Source: Candidatus Magasanikiibacteriota bacterium (GTDB lineage: Bacteria; Patescibacteriota; Patescibacteriia; Magasanikbacterales; GWA2-37-8). From it: a stretch of 64,000 nucleotides of DNA. The notes under the pieces were generated by a model, which was given only the letters and a program-made list of their open reading frames with translations, was not told where the DNA came from and did no database searches. The position numbers and the translations under genes are program-made. Below are positions 47,971 through 57,484 of this stretch, in pieces. The stretch spans positions 107,274-171,273 of the forward strand of contig CAWDHY010000001.1 of NCBI GenBank assembly GCA_963802255.1. Direction: 5' to 3'. Numbering within the stretch: position 1 is the stretch's first letter; each line of letters starts with the position of its first letter.

Positions 47971-47987
47971 CTCCTAATAACATATAT

Positions 47988-48800
47988 ATGCTTAAATCAT
48001 TTCAAAAAGACGGCAAATATTTAATGCTTGCCCTTGATCACCGGGGCAGTTTTAAAAAATTTATTAATAAAAGCGACCCGGAATCTGTTACCGATGAGGA
48101 AATTATTAAAGTTAAAAAAATGATTATAGATGCGACAAGAGATGATTTCTCAGGCGTGCTTGTGGACCCGGACTTGGGGTTGAAGGCGTTTGAGAATCCG
48201 GACAAGCCATATCTTCTTTGTATTGAAAAAACCGGGTACAGCGAAGAAAAAGGCGAGAGGACAACACAGCTTGAATACACCGTAGAACAACTTAAAGAAA
48301 AGGGCGCGAGTGGTGTTAAAATTTTACTTTATTTTAATCCGGAAGCATCCAATTGTTCTGCTCAACTGGAAACGGCGAGAATTGTATTGAATGATTGTCG
48401 TGCATTAGATATGCCTTTATTTTTGGAAATCGTAACCTATGGCAATGAAGCAATAGCCAAAGACAGGTCAGAATGGGTTCTACGTTCAGTTGATGATTTT
48501 TTAAGAGAAAATATTGTTCCCGATGTCTTCAAATTGGAATATCCGGGTGATGCAATAGCGTGCAAGAAAATCACCTCAATGTTAGGTCGAACACCATGGA
48601 TTCTTTTAACGAGAGGTGAACCATATGAAGTATTTTTGGAACAATTAATGACTGCGTACGCGAATGGAGCTGTCGGTTTTTTGGCAGGAAGGGCGATTTG
48701 GCAGGAGGTAGCAAATTACGAAGATGATGATGAACGAGAGCGCTTTTTAAACACGATTGCGAGTGAGAGATTTAAAGAAATTTGTGATGTTGTCGCATAA
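47988..48800 (+). CDS. class I aldolase of the tagatose-1,6-bisphosphate aldolase (LacD) family
   Basis: blocks LALDHRGS, LVDPDLGL, EKTGY, VKILLYFNPE and LFLEIVTYG parallel LacD conserved blocks. Confidence 0.55.
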   Translation: MLKSFQKDGKYLMLALDHRGSFKKFINKSDPESVTDEEIIKVKKMIIDATRDDFSGVLVDPDLGLKAFENPDKPYLLCIEKTGYSEEKGERTTQLEYTVEQLKEKGASGVKILLYFNPEASNCSAQLETARIVLNDCRALDMPLFLEIVTYGNEAIAKDRSEWVLRSVDDFLRENIVPDVFKLEYPGDAIACKKITSMLGRTPWILLTRGEPYEVFLEQLMTAYANGAVGFLAGRAIWQEVANYEDDDERERFLNTIASERFKEICDVVA

Positions 48801-48891
48801 TATTTGTTTTTGTACACAGCTTGTCCACAGATCAAAAATAGATCAGAAAATAGCTAATTTTAGCGCTAATTATATTGAAATTTGAGATGTT

Positions 48892-49533
48892 ATGAGAAAT
48901 TTCGATGTCGTTTTCATTGATTTGGATGATACCGTCTATGATACCCGAAAATTGAAAGAGGATATCTATAAATTGTTTCGACCTTCGGGAATTAATCATG
49001 AGCAATTTATTCGCGCTTATCGGTTGGCGGCTGAATTGCCGACACCCGGATATTTTCATTATACTTTTGAAAAACAAATTGAGGCGGTGAAAGAATTAGG
49101 GTATAAGCCGCCTAATAATATATTGAACGATTTGAATTCTTTGCTGGATGATAACTATCTAGTGCCTGACACCAAAAATTTTATTAATTTTTTAAAAATA
49201 ATTTGCGGAAAAGTTATTTTATTAACTGCAGGAACAATAGAGTTCCAAAAAAGAAAAATTGAAGCTTCCGGGGCAGACAAATTGGTTGATGAAGTGATAC
49301 AAATTCCTGGAGGGAAAGATAAAGTATTGTCTGCATTTGTTAAAAAAAATAAAAAAATATTATTTATCAATGATAACCTGGATGAAAATATAATGATAAA
49401 TAATCTCTTTTCAGATGTTTTTGTTTTAACATTGTTTAATTTTTCATATTGGAAGGAAGAAGATTGCGAAGCAAGCGGCATTCCTTGGTTCAAATCATTG
49501 AATGACATTAAAAAATATTTGCAGTCAAATTAA
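48892..49533 (+). CDS. HAD-superfamily hydrolase
   Basis: motif I VVFIDLDDTVYDT (DxDxT). Confidence 0.6.
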   Translation: MRNFDVVFIDLDDTVYDTRKLKEDIYKLFRPSGINHEQFIRAYRLAAELPTPGYFHYTFEKQIEAVKELGYKPPNNILNDLNSLLDDNYLVPDTKNFINFLKIICGKVILLTAGTIEFQKRKIEASGADKLVDEVIQIPGGKDKVLSAFVKKNKKILFINDNLDENIMINNLFSDVFVLTLFNFSYWKEEDCEASGIPWFKSLNDIKKYLQSN

Positions 49534-49535
49534 TT

Positions 49536-50282
49536 ATGTTTAATACAAAAAAAATTGGCGTAGTTATTCTAGCTGCCGGCAAGGGAAAAAGGATGCAAAG
49601 CGAATTACCGAAAGTTATGCACCCATTGCGCGGGAAGCCTCTAATCAATTATGTAGTAAAAGCTGTTGAAGGTATAAAAATTAAACCAATTGTGATAGTG
49701 CCGGATGACAGCGATTTGGTTCGGGAATATTTAGGTAAAAGAGCGGATTATGCCGTTCAGACAGAGAGATTAGGCACTGGTCATGCTGTCCAAATGGCCG
49801 AAGAAAAACTTAGCGGTAAAGCTGATCATGTCGTAGTATTATATGGCGATATGCCTTTTATTACTGTCAGGTCCTTGCAAAATATTATTGATGACCATAT
49901 AGCCAGAAGTAACATGGTAACGCTCGCAACTGTAACAGTTCCGGACTTTCGGGATTGGCGTACGCAGTTTTATGATTTTGGGCGAATTATAAGAGATAAA
50001 AATGGCGATATTATCAAAATCGTAGAAAAAAAAGATGCGAGCCCTGCGGAATTAAATGTTAAAGAACTGAACTCGGCCTTTTTTTGCTTTAATGGAGAAT
50101 GGCTCTGGGATAATTTAAGAAATTTAAAAAATAATAATGCGGCTGGGGAATTATATTTAACCGATCTTGTAAAAATTGCCTTTGATACAGGAGCGCCGCT
50201 GTCTTCGGTAAATATAGAAGCACGTGAAGCTGTTGGTATTAACACAAAAGAGCATCTGACTAAGGCTCAGGAGATTTATTAA
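49536..50282 (+). CDS. sugar-phosphate nucleotidyltransferase (GlmU N-terminal-like, NTP_transferase)
   Basis: VVILAAGKGKRM..LPKVMHPL..KP signature of nucleotidyltransferases. Confidence 0.6.
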   Translation: MFNTKKIGVVILAAGKGKRMQSELPKVMHPLRGKPLINYVVKAVEGIKIKPIVIVPDDSDLVREYLGKRADYAVQTERLGTGHAVQMAEEKLSGKADHVVVLYGDMPFITVRSLQNIIDDHIARSNMVTLATVTVPDFRDWRTQFYDFGRIIRDKNGDIIKIVEKKDASPAELNVKELNSAFFCFNGEWLWDNLRNLKNNNAAGELYLTDLVKIAFDTGAPLSSVNIEAREAVGINTKEHLTKAQEIY

Positions 50283-50283
50283 T

Positions 50284-51240
50284 ATGGCGAAGAAAAAGAA
50301 AATTGTTGTATTAGGCGGAGGTAACGGGTCTGCAGTGGCATTGGTCTCATTAAAAAAATATATAAAAGCATTCGATATCTCAGCTGTTATTTCCATGAGT
50401 GATTCAGGTGGGTCATCCGGAAGATTGCGTAAGGAGCTTAAGACATTGCCACCGGGCGATATTTTACGCGCAGTATTGGCTCTTTCAGGATATGATTATC
50501 CGATGCTTCGCAAAATTTTTTATCAGCCTCGTTTTTCTTGCTCCGGAAAATTAAAGGGACATAATTTAGGTAATTTATTTTTAACTTTAATTGCCAAATA
50601 TTGCGGCAGTTTTACCAAAGCGTTAGAAGTACTTTCTCAAAGTGTCGGCGCGGTCGGGAAAATTTTTCCGGTAACGACAAAACCGGTAGACTTGGTAGCT
50701 GAATTGGTTAATGGAGAGATTGTCAGAACGGAGGCTTTTATTGATGAGCCAAAATATAATCACGGATCAAAAATTAAGAGAATTTGGCTTGAGCCGAAGT
50801 GCACGCTTAACCCCGAAGCCGCGAAAGCCATTAAATCAGCTGATTATATTATTTTGAGTCCGGGAAGTTTGTATACCAGTATTATTGCCACGCTTTTGCC
50901 AAAAGGGATGTTTGAGGCGATAAAAAAATCAAAAGCAAAATTGATATATGTTGCGGGGAACGCCTATCGCCTGAATGGTGAAACCGGGCCGGAACGTTTG
51001 AGTGATTTTATCTGGCAACTTGAGCAATATTTGCCTCGGCAGATTATGCTTATCGTGCATAATAGTCATGTCCCCAAAGGTCCGGAGAAAAAGTTTTATA
51101 AAGACAGAAAATGGGGAATTTTTGATTTTGACCGCAAATATTTAAAAAATCACAAAATTATAAGCAGTGATTTAGAAAGAACCGGCGGCGGGCTGTGTGA
51201 TATTAAATTAGGAAAAATATTTAAAAAAATATTAATATAA
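50284..51240 (+). CDS. YvcK/CofD-family (UPF0052) protein
   Basis: IVVLGGGNGSAV..SDSGGSSGRLR matches the YvcK gluconeogenesis-factor/CofD fold. Confidence 0.65.
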   Translation: MAKKKKIVVLGGGNGSAVALVSLKKYIKAFDISAVISMSDSGGSSGRLRKELKTLPPGDILRAVLALSGYDYPMLRKIFYQPRFSCSGKLKGHNLGNLFLTLIAKYCGSFTKALEVLSQSVGAVGKIFPVTTKPVDLVAELVNGEIVRTEAFIDEPKYNHGSKIKRIWLEPKCTLNPEAAKAIKSADYIILSPGSLYTSIIATLLPKGMFEAIKKSKAKLIYVAGNAYRLNGETGPERLSDFIWQLEQYLPRQIMLIVHNSHVPKGPEKKFYKDRKWGIFDFDRKYLKNHKIISSDLERTGGGLCDIKLGKIFKKILI

Positions 51241-51244
51241 GAAT

Positions 51245-52138
51245 ATGCTTTGTCAGCGCATCAAAATGAAAAATCCGAATATTCTTGCGGTCTGTCCTGA
51301 TGGTCATTATTCTCTTTTAGATTCCGGTGAAGGCGAAAAATTGGAGCAGTATGGAGAATATGTTTTGTCCCGTCCGGATCCGCAGGCCTTGTGGCGAAAG
51401 CGATTGCCGGTAAAAGATTGGTCACGGGCGGACGCGGTATTTCTTCGTGACGGCCGTTCCACTGAATGGAAATTAAAACCGAATTTACCTAAGCGCTGGA
51501 TTGTGGAAGTACAGGATTTAAAATTTTGGGTCAAGCCAACTTCATTCAAACATACCGGTCTTTTCCCTGAGCAGTCCAGCAATTGGTATTGGTTGACCGG
51601 TATGATTATGGCTGCCAAGAAAGAGCTGGAAGTTTTGAATTTGTTTGGCTATACTGGCGGTGCAACTCTTGCCTGCGCCAAGGCGGGCGCCAGGGTGTGT
51701 CATGTGGATGGGTCAAAAGTTGCCGTCACTTGGGCTCGCGAGAACGCTGAATTAAATGGTTTACAGAATAAACCGATCCGCTGGATAATTGATGATGCGG
51801 TAAAATTTGTTAAGCGTGAAATAAAGCGGGGGCATAAATATGACGGAATAATTATGGATCCGCCGGCATATGGGCATGGACCGGATGGAGAAATGTGGAA
51901 AATCGAAGAAAATTTTTTAGATCTACTCGATTTATGCAAACAGCTTTTGTCTGAAAAGCCGTCATTTTTTATCGTTAACGGTTATTCTTCCGGTTACTCG
52001 GCGATAGCTTATGAAAATTCATTGGGAGACCTGCTGGGGGCAGGCGGTGAGATTGAAAAAGGAGCGCTAACCATTCGCGAACGCGATACCGAACGCATTT
52101 TACCCTGTGGGATTTTTGCCCGCTGGCATGCCAAATAA
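51245..52138 (+). CDS. class I SAM-dependent methyltransferase (RlmI-like)
   Basis: motif I NLFGYTGGATLACA, motif IV IIMDPPAYG. Confidence 0.6.
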   Translation: MLCQRIKMKNPNILAVCPDGHYSLLDSGEGEKLEQYGEYVLSRPDPQALWRKRLPVKDWSRADAVFLRDGRSTEWKLKPNLPKRWIVEVQDLKFWVKPTSFKHTGLFPEQSSNWYWLTGMIMAAKKELEVLNLFGYTGGATLACAKAGARVCHVDGSKVAVTWARENAELNGLQNKPIRWIIDDAVKFVKREIKRGHKYDGIIMDPPAYGHGPDGEMWKIEENFLDLLDLCKQLLSEKPSFFIVNGYSSGYSAIAYENSLGDLLGAGGEIEKGALTIRERDTERILPCGIFARWHAK

Positions 52139-52140
52139 TT

Positions 52141-52785
52141 ATGCAGTTAAGAGTGCTTTATGAAGATAATCATCTTATTGCCGTATATAAACCGGCCGGT
52201 GTTTTAACTCAAGGAGATAAAACAGGCGATACGTGTCTGATGGATGATGTTAAAAAATATCTGAAAGAAAAATATAAGAAATCAGGAAATATTTTTTTAG
52301 GCCTTCTTCACCGGCTTGACCGGCCGGTATCAGGAATTGTGTTGTTTGCAAAAACAAGTAAAGGCGCCTCTCGTTTGTCGGAGCAGATTAGAAATCATGA
52401 ATTTAAGAAAGAATATCAGGCGCTTGTTGAGGGCGAACTCATAAAAAAAGCGATGCTAAAAAATTATCTGTTGCACGATAAAAAAACCAATAAGGCAAAA
52501 ATATTTGATTCCAAATATGAGGGGGCTTTACCGGCGGAACTATTTTATGAAGTAATTGAAAACCGCGGTAATAATACTTTGATAAAAATTAATTTAAAAA
52601 CCGGCCGGCACCATCAAATCAGATCGCAATTGGCACACATTGGACATCCGGTCGTGGGCGATATTAAATATGGTGCCAAAGCACCGCTGTCAGATCAGTC
52701 AATCGCTTTATGCGCGACTATAATAATATTTCAAACTGCCACGGGTGGTGAAAAGAAGCGGATATCAATAAATGCGCTTTTTTAA
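52141..52785 (+). CDS. RluA-family pseudouridine synthase
   Basis: catalytic motif HRLDRPVSGIVLFAKT. Confidence 0.75.
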   Translation: MQLRVLYEDNHLIAVYKPAGVLTQGDKTGDTCLMDDVKKYLKEKYKKSGNIFLGLLHRLDRPVSGIVLFAKTSKGASRLSEQIRNHEFKKEYQALVEGELIKKAMLKNYLLHDKKTNKAKIFDSKYEGALPAELFYEVIENRGNNTLIKINLKTGRHHQIRSQLAHIGHPVVGDIKYGAKAPLSDQSIALCATIIIFQTATGGEKKRISINALF

Positions 52786-52804
52786 TTTGTCTATATACAA
52801 TGTA

Positions 52805-54079
52805 ATGATTGAACAAATTATTGATTTACACATTCATTCAAAATATTCGCGTGCTTGCTCGCGTGATTTGGAGTTGCCGAATATTGCGGTAGCGTGTGAA
52901 AAAAAGGGGATTGATATTTGTGCCACAGGTGATTTTACGCATCCCGGGTGGTATGAACATATTAAAAATATTCTTACTGAAGATAAGCCTGGTATATTCA
53001 AACTAAAGGACAATAGCTCAAAAACTCGGTTTATTCTTTCAACCGAAATATCCTGCATATACAAGCATAAAGACGCCACCAGGCGTCTGCATTTGGTTAT
53101 ATTGGCTCCGAATATTGAATCAGTAGGCAAACTTAATGGCATTTTAGAGAAAAAAGGAGCAAATTTGCGTTCAGACGGGCGTCCTATTTTAGGGCTATCC
53201 GGTAAGGCAGTCCTTCAGATCATTCTGGATATTGATAAGCGTTTTATGCTAATTCCGGCTCATGCCTGGACGCCATGGTTTTCTATTTTTGGATCAAAGT
53301 CCGGTTATAATAAATTGGATGATTGTTTTGAAGAACTTACACCATATGTGCGGGCCTTAGAAACAGGTTTGTCAAGCGACCCGATTATGAATCATATGTG
53401 GAGCGCGCTGGATAATTTCACGCTTGTTTCAAATTCTGACGCGCATAGCTTGGGAAAACTTGGGCGCGAAGCAAATGTATTTGAATTTAATAATGAAAAA
53501 GAAATTACTTACGACGAGATTTGTCGGGTGATTAAGGAAGGAGATAAGAAAAAATTTAAATATACGATAGAATTTTTTCCTGAAGAAGGAAAATATCATT
53601 TTGACGGACACGCCGATTGTTGTATTTCATTTGATCCTGAAAAGACAAAAAAAGAAAATTTTTCATGTCCGAAATGCGGTAAAAAATTAACTATCGGAGT
53701 ATTAAGTAGAGTAATAGAACTGGCCGACAGAAAGGAAAGTGAAATTCCAAAAAATAAATTCATACCGCATCGTTACATTGTGCCATTAAGTGAATTGATT
53801 TCTTTTGTGCTCGGTGTGGGAGAAAAAAGTAAAAAGGTTAATAGCGAATACGAAAAATTGATAAAAATTTTTGAAAATGAGTTTAATATATTGTTGAAAA
53901 CTCCTGTGGATGAATTGGAAAGTCATGTTAGTGATAAAAATATAGCATTAGCAATTTCAAATATGAGGCAGGGGATTATTAAGGTAAGTCCCGGTTATGA
54001 TGGGGTGTTCGGCACTTTTGATTTATTGTTAAACGAAAGTAAAAAAAGCATTCTTCAAGACAGATTATGGCAGGATTAA
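52805..54079 (+). CDS. PHP-domain protein with a C-terminal Zn-ribbon (endonuclease Q-like, TIGR00375 family)
   Basis: LHIHSKYS PHP signature; CPKCGKK Zn-ribbon. The track start at 52772 overlaps the rluA-like gene; internal ATG at 52805. Confidence 0.45.
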   Translation: MIEQIIDLHIHSKYSRACSRDLELPNIAVACEKKGIDICATGDFTHPGWYEHIKNILTEDKPGIFKLKDNSSKTRFILSTEISCIYKHKDATRRLHLVILAPNIESVGKLNGILEKKGANLRSDGRPILGLSGKAVLQIILDIDKRFMLIPAHAWTPWFSIFGSKSGYNKLDDCFEELTPYVRALETGLSSDPIMNHMWSALDNFTLVSNSDAHSLGKLGREANVFEFNNEKEITYDEICRVIKEGDKKKFKYTIEFFPEEGKYHFDGHADCCISFDPEKTKKENFSCPKCGKKLTIGVLSRVIELADRKESEIPKNKFIPHRYIVPLSELISFVLGVGEKSKKVNSEYEKLIKIFENEFNILLKTPVDELESHVSDKNIALAISNMRQGIIKVSPGYDGVFGTFDLLLNESKKSILQDRLWQD

Positions 54080-54123
54080 ATAATTAAAAAATCACCCTGA
54101 TATACAGGATGATTTTTTTAAGA

Positions 54124-54243
54124 CTATTTGCGTTTTTTCGCTTTTTTAGTCTTTTTAGCTTTTTTCTTTGTGACTTTCTTGGCTACTTTCTTCTTTGTCA
54201 CTTTCTTGGCTACTCTCTTTTTTGCGACTTTCTTCTTTGCCAT
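54124..54243 (-). CDS. 39-aa lysine-rich basic protein (AKKV/TKK repeats, histone H1-like)
   Basis: perfect SD AAAGGAGGTG 7 nt upstream of ATG 54243; sequence MAKKKVAKKRVAKKVTKKKVAKKVTKKKAKKTKKAKKRK; the + strand ORF 54128..54331 is its Phe-rich antisense artefact. Confidence 0.5.
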   Translation of the reverse strand: MAKKKVAKKRVAKKVTKKKVAKKVTKKKAKKTKKAKKRK

Positions 54244-54526
54244 AGTAGACACCTCCTTTCAACTTCGCATAAATGCGAAGAAGGATGAAAATTTTTTCAA
54301 ACTCGCGATCGCGAGAAAAAATTTTTTTTAAAAAGTTTCTGCTAACAAGCATGCAGCACAAACTTCATCGACCTATATTTATTATAGAACGGTTTTTTAA
54401 ATAAGGGAAGAGTGTTAAGTAAAGTTATACACAGGTTGATGCTTGAGCAATTTATTGAGAGGCCGGAATTGACGGATTAATTTTTTTTTGTTTAAATATA
54501 GATATATATTATTGATAATTATATAT

Positions 54527-55369
54527 ATGATTACTGAAAATCATGAGCCAAATCATGATCAGGCAAAAAATTTAGCGTTCGAAATGGAAAACTCGGATAT
54601 AAGAGACATAGTTGCGTTGGGGGCGGTGGAATATTTCAAACGTGAATTTCCGGATATTAAACATTCGTTTGCAAAAAATCAAAATTGCGTCTGTTGTATT
54701 GACGAAGGAACTGCCCATAAAGATATCAATGGTGAAATGAAATTTGCCTTAGCCGGTTCTGGGATGCTATTCCCCGCCGTGAGTGAACAAGAACGGCTGG
54801 AAGCGGTGGCAAAAATTTTAATTGAACGCGGAGTAACGGATATTACGAGTCATGGAGGCTGTGGAGCAGCCGGCCTGGCATACCATCGCGATTTTCCTGA
54901 TGCTGATACGCATGATAACTTAAAAGAGAAAATTGAAAATTACTCAAAAAGCTGGGCGGACAAGTTAGCAAATAAAATTAAAGAACTTGGTCATCCGGCG
55001 GAGCGTACTCACATATTGGCGGAAGATATGGAACGTCCGGTAGAATTTCATAACGCGCGCGTGGTGTATTATGATGGTGTTGGCGGATTTAATCCGAATA
55101 AAGAAATTGGTTTACCAATGGGTTTTGTAATTGAGCGGACATACTTGCCGGTCAGTTACGCTGTTGAAGAATCAAAGGTGGCGATTAGTATTGCGTTCGG
55201 AGCTCATGGTTTTGGAGAATTATTTTCTTCCGATTTACCTTTTGTAATTATTGTTCTGGCAAAAAATGAAGAAGACCTCACCGGTTTAAAAAATGAAATT
55301 TTGGATATTTTATCGGATAATGAAAATTTCATCGCCGGGAAAATTAAAATTGACGGGTTAGTAATATAA
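54527..55369 (+). CDS. hypothetical protein (Cys/His-containing motifs CVCCIDEGTAH and TSHGGCGAAG)
   Basis: ORF track; first ATG at 54527 (the track TTG is at 54488). Confidence 0.4.
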   Translation: MITENHEPNHDQAKNLAFEMENSDIRDIVALGAVEYFKREFPDIKHSFAKNQNCVCCIDEGTAHKDINGEMKFALAGSGMLFPAVSEQERLEAVAKILIERGVTDITSHGGCGAAGLAYHRDFPDADTHDNLKEKIENYSKSWADKLANKIKELGHPAERTHILAEDMERPVEFHNARVVYYDGVGGFNPNKEIGLPMGFVIERTYLPVSYAVEESKVAISIAFGAHGFGELFSSDLPFVIIVLAKNEEDLTGLKNEILDILSDNENFIAGKIKIDGLVI

Positions 55370-55460
55370 ATTTTTTTGTATTAAACAGCTGTATATTTAT
55401 GGCTGTTTTTTTTATTAAAAAACCCGCCAGCGGTTGATGGCATGGCGGGTCGTAACGAGC

Positions 55461-56048
55461 TTAATCTTTTTTCCGCGTTAAGCGGCGGCGGAACAAAACC
55501 AGAAAAGTGATTATGCCACAGCCGATAAATAAATATATCGGATAGGTGGCAATAGCGAAATTCCATTTTTCAATGGCAAAAAGATTTAGCGTATTGCCAA
55601 GGAAAAAAAGAATCCAAGCGATGCGGTCTTCATCTTCCGGCTTCTTGTATGTCTTCCGTATGGTGGGTAAAGCGCCGGCGCAGTCTATTGTTATATTAAT
55701 AAACAGCGCGAGTAAGGGGGAATCAAATATAAACCAGAGCGCACCGCTCATTGCGGCGCAGCCAATGCATGCCCGGTCAAACCGCGTCCAGCCGCCTTCG
55801 CCAAATTTTAATGCCAGAAGAGCAGTAATAAAAGGCCCGATAACATAGCTAATAGCCACCCAAATCGTGTCTTTAGCGCCCGAAGCACTGTAGCTTGAAG
55901 CCAACATCAACCCTACAACGGTCCAAATCCACCAGGAAGCTCGGTTCGGTTTGGTTTTACCGCGCAAAATGGAAATGATGTAGGGGATAAAGGCGGCAAG
56001 TGATATAACACCAGCCACCATTCCAAATGTGGCTGTGTCAAATGTCAT
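55461..56048 (-). CDS. polytopic membrane protein, putative small-molecule transporter (7 TM)
   Basis: SD AAAGGAGAG upstream of ATG 56048; hydrophobic profile of a 7-TM transporter; the track ORF extends to 56099. Confidence 0.35.
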   Translation of the reverse strand: MTFDTATFGMVAGVISLAAFIPYIISILRGKTKPNRASWWIWTVVGLMLASSYSASGAKDTIWVAISYVIGPFITALLALKFGEGGWTRFDRACIGCAAMSGALWFIFDSPLLALFINITIDCAGALPTIRKTYKKPEDEDRIAWILFFLGNTLNLFAIEKWNFAIATYPIYLFIGCGIITFLVLFRRRLTRKKD

Positions 56049-56176
56049 CTTACTCTCCTTTTTTTGTTTAGATTTTAAAGAACGGATTAATCTAATCATA
56101 AAGCGCTGGTCTTGTCAATTATTCGGTCTGCAATCTTGATTATTTATCAATTTTGTGATATACTGTTTTGTGCTGC

Positions 56177-56248
56177 GCCCCTATAGTTTAATGGATAGAA
56201 TATCAGGCTTCGAACCTGAAGATGGGAGTTCAATCCTCTCTGGGGGCA
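56177..56248 (+). tRNA. tRNA-Arg (anticodon TCG)
   Basis: cloverleaf; anticodon loop CUUCGAA; T-loop TTCAATC. Confidence 0.8.
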
Positions 56249-56249
56249 C

Positions 56250-56281
56250 AAAAAAATAAGGGTCATGCCTTATTTTTTTTG
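56250..56281. terminator. bidirectional terminator (aaaaaataagg-gtcatg-ccttatttttt)
   Basis: palindromic hairpin with A-tracts and T-tracts. Confidence 0.5.
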
Positions 56282-56350
56282 CATCTTTAATTATTTGGTC
56301 GCTTCGCCCCAACAAAACAAAAAAGCCCCCAAAGGGGTTCTTTTGTTTTT

Positions 56351-56506
56351 GTGGGTCGCCAGGGATTCGGCTTCAACTAAAATTTTCTTCCAAAAATTTT
56401 GTCTAGCCACCGCCTCGCGGTCGCGCTCGCTCTTTTGCATCGCGCGACATCGCTCCGGCGTCCGAATCCCTGTCGCGACCAAAACTGTTTGGTCGCTTCG
56501 CCCAAA
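56351..56506 (-). repeat. family-B tRNA-appended structured element, copy 2 (downstream of tRNA-Lys-CTT)
   Basis: minus-strand 3' end ccgaatccctggcgacccac (56351-56370) copies the tRNA-Lys 3' 20 nt exactly; 5' end cagggattcggac is an inverted copy of the Lys T-arm; family-B core motifs; the box tttggtcgcttcgccc plus a terminator module is duplicated at 56294-56345 and 56488-56537. Confidence 0.55.
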
Positions 56507-56539
56507 CAAAAAAATCCCTGACGGGACTTTTTTGTTTTG

Positions 56540-56612
56540 TGGGTCGCCAGGGATTCGGACCCTGGACCTTGTCCTTAAGAGGGACCTGCTCTACCAACTG
56601 AGCTAGCGACCC
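56540..56612 (-). tRNA. tRNA-Lys (anticodon CTT)
   Basis: cloverleaf; anticodon loop CUCUUAA; T-loop TCCGAAT; acceptor GGGTCGC/GCGACCC. Confidence 0.85.
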
Positions 56613-56625
56613 ATGAGAGCTTTTT

Positions 56626-57390
56626 TTACAAAGCATCTCCAGGCTTTCGATTAATTATTTTCACTTTTGGCCCTTTCCATTCCTTAACTTTTAAACCCAT
56701 TTCCGCGGCTTCTGTCTGTGCTTCTTGCTTGCTCATACCTTCTCCTGACGCGATCAGTTCTTTTCCAAGATATACACCAACTTTAAAATTTTTTGCATGA
56801 TCGGGTCCAACCTCTCCGAGCACTTTATATGACGGAGTTACGCCGGCCAATTCTTGCGCTGATTCCTGAAAACGGCTCTTTGCATCCATATATAAACCAT
56901 TTTCTAAAATATACGGCAGCTTGGAAATGACGGTGCGTAAGATAAATTCTTTTGCCGTTTCATATCCCCGGTCCATGTATATCGCACCGGTTACTGATTC
57001 CATAGTATTAGCCATAATATAATCACGCGCTTTTGTGCCGGCGTCTTTTGATTCTCCATGGCTTAAAAAAAGATACGGTTCCATTCCAAGTTCATAGGCG
57101 ATACTTGCCAATGTTTTGGCGTTAACCAGCGCCGCCCGCCAGTTTGTCAATTCGCCTTCGGGATTGCCGAAATGGGTGAATAAATATTCGGTGACAATCA
57201 GTTCAACCACGGCGTCGCCCAAAAATTCTAAACGCTCATTATGAGCAAGCGGAAACTCACGATGTTCATTAAGATATGAGCGGTGCACGAACGCCTGTAC
57301 GAGAACATCAGGATTAATAAATTTAACGCCAAGTTTTTTTTCAATGGCGGTAAAATCCTTACTGTTAACTTCGGGATTATCGATAACCAT
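56626..57390 (-). CDS. rnc: ribonuclease III
   Basis: signature ERLEFLGDAVVELIVTEYLF plus a dsRBD C-terminus. Confidence 0.9.
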   Translation of the reverse strand: MVIDNPEVNSKDFTAIEKKLGVKFINPDVLVQAFVHRSYLNEHREFPLAHNERLEFLGDAVVELIVTEYLFTHFGNPEGELTNWRAALVNAKTLASIAYELGMEPYLFLSHGESKDAGTKARDYIMANTMESVTGAIYMDRGYETAKEFILRTVISKLPYILENGLYMDAKSRFQESAQELAGVTPSYKVLGEVGPDHAKNFKVGVYLGKELIASGEGMSKQEAQTEAAEMGLKVKEWKGPKVKIINRKPGDAL

Positions 57391-57484
57391 ATGAATTAAT
57401 GATTACCGTGAAAGCGAGTATTCAATCATTATTGTTCTTTTGGATACCCTGTTTCACGGGGCGGCTTTTTGCCGCCCAATATAA

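Noticed and set aside
54128-54331. 67-aa Phe/Leu-rich + strand ORF
   Set aside because: Antisense of the lysine-rich (AAG/AAA) minus-strand gene, which has a perfect SD. Phe/Leu richness is the expected mirror artefact.
56265-56636. ORFs 56265..56606 (+), 56291..56509 (-) and 56403..56636 (-)
   Set aside because: They span tRNA-Lys(CTT), two intrinsic terminators and the family-B element. A CDS cannot contain an encoded tRNA and terminator hairpins.
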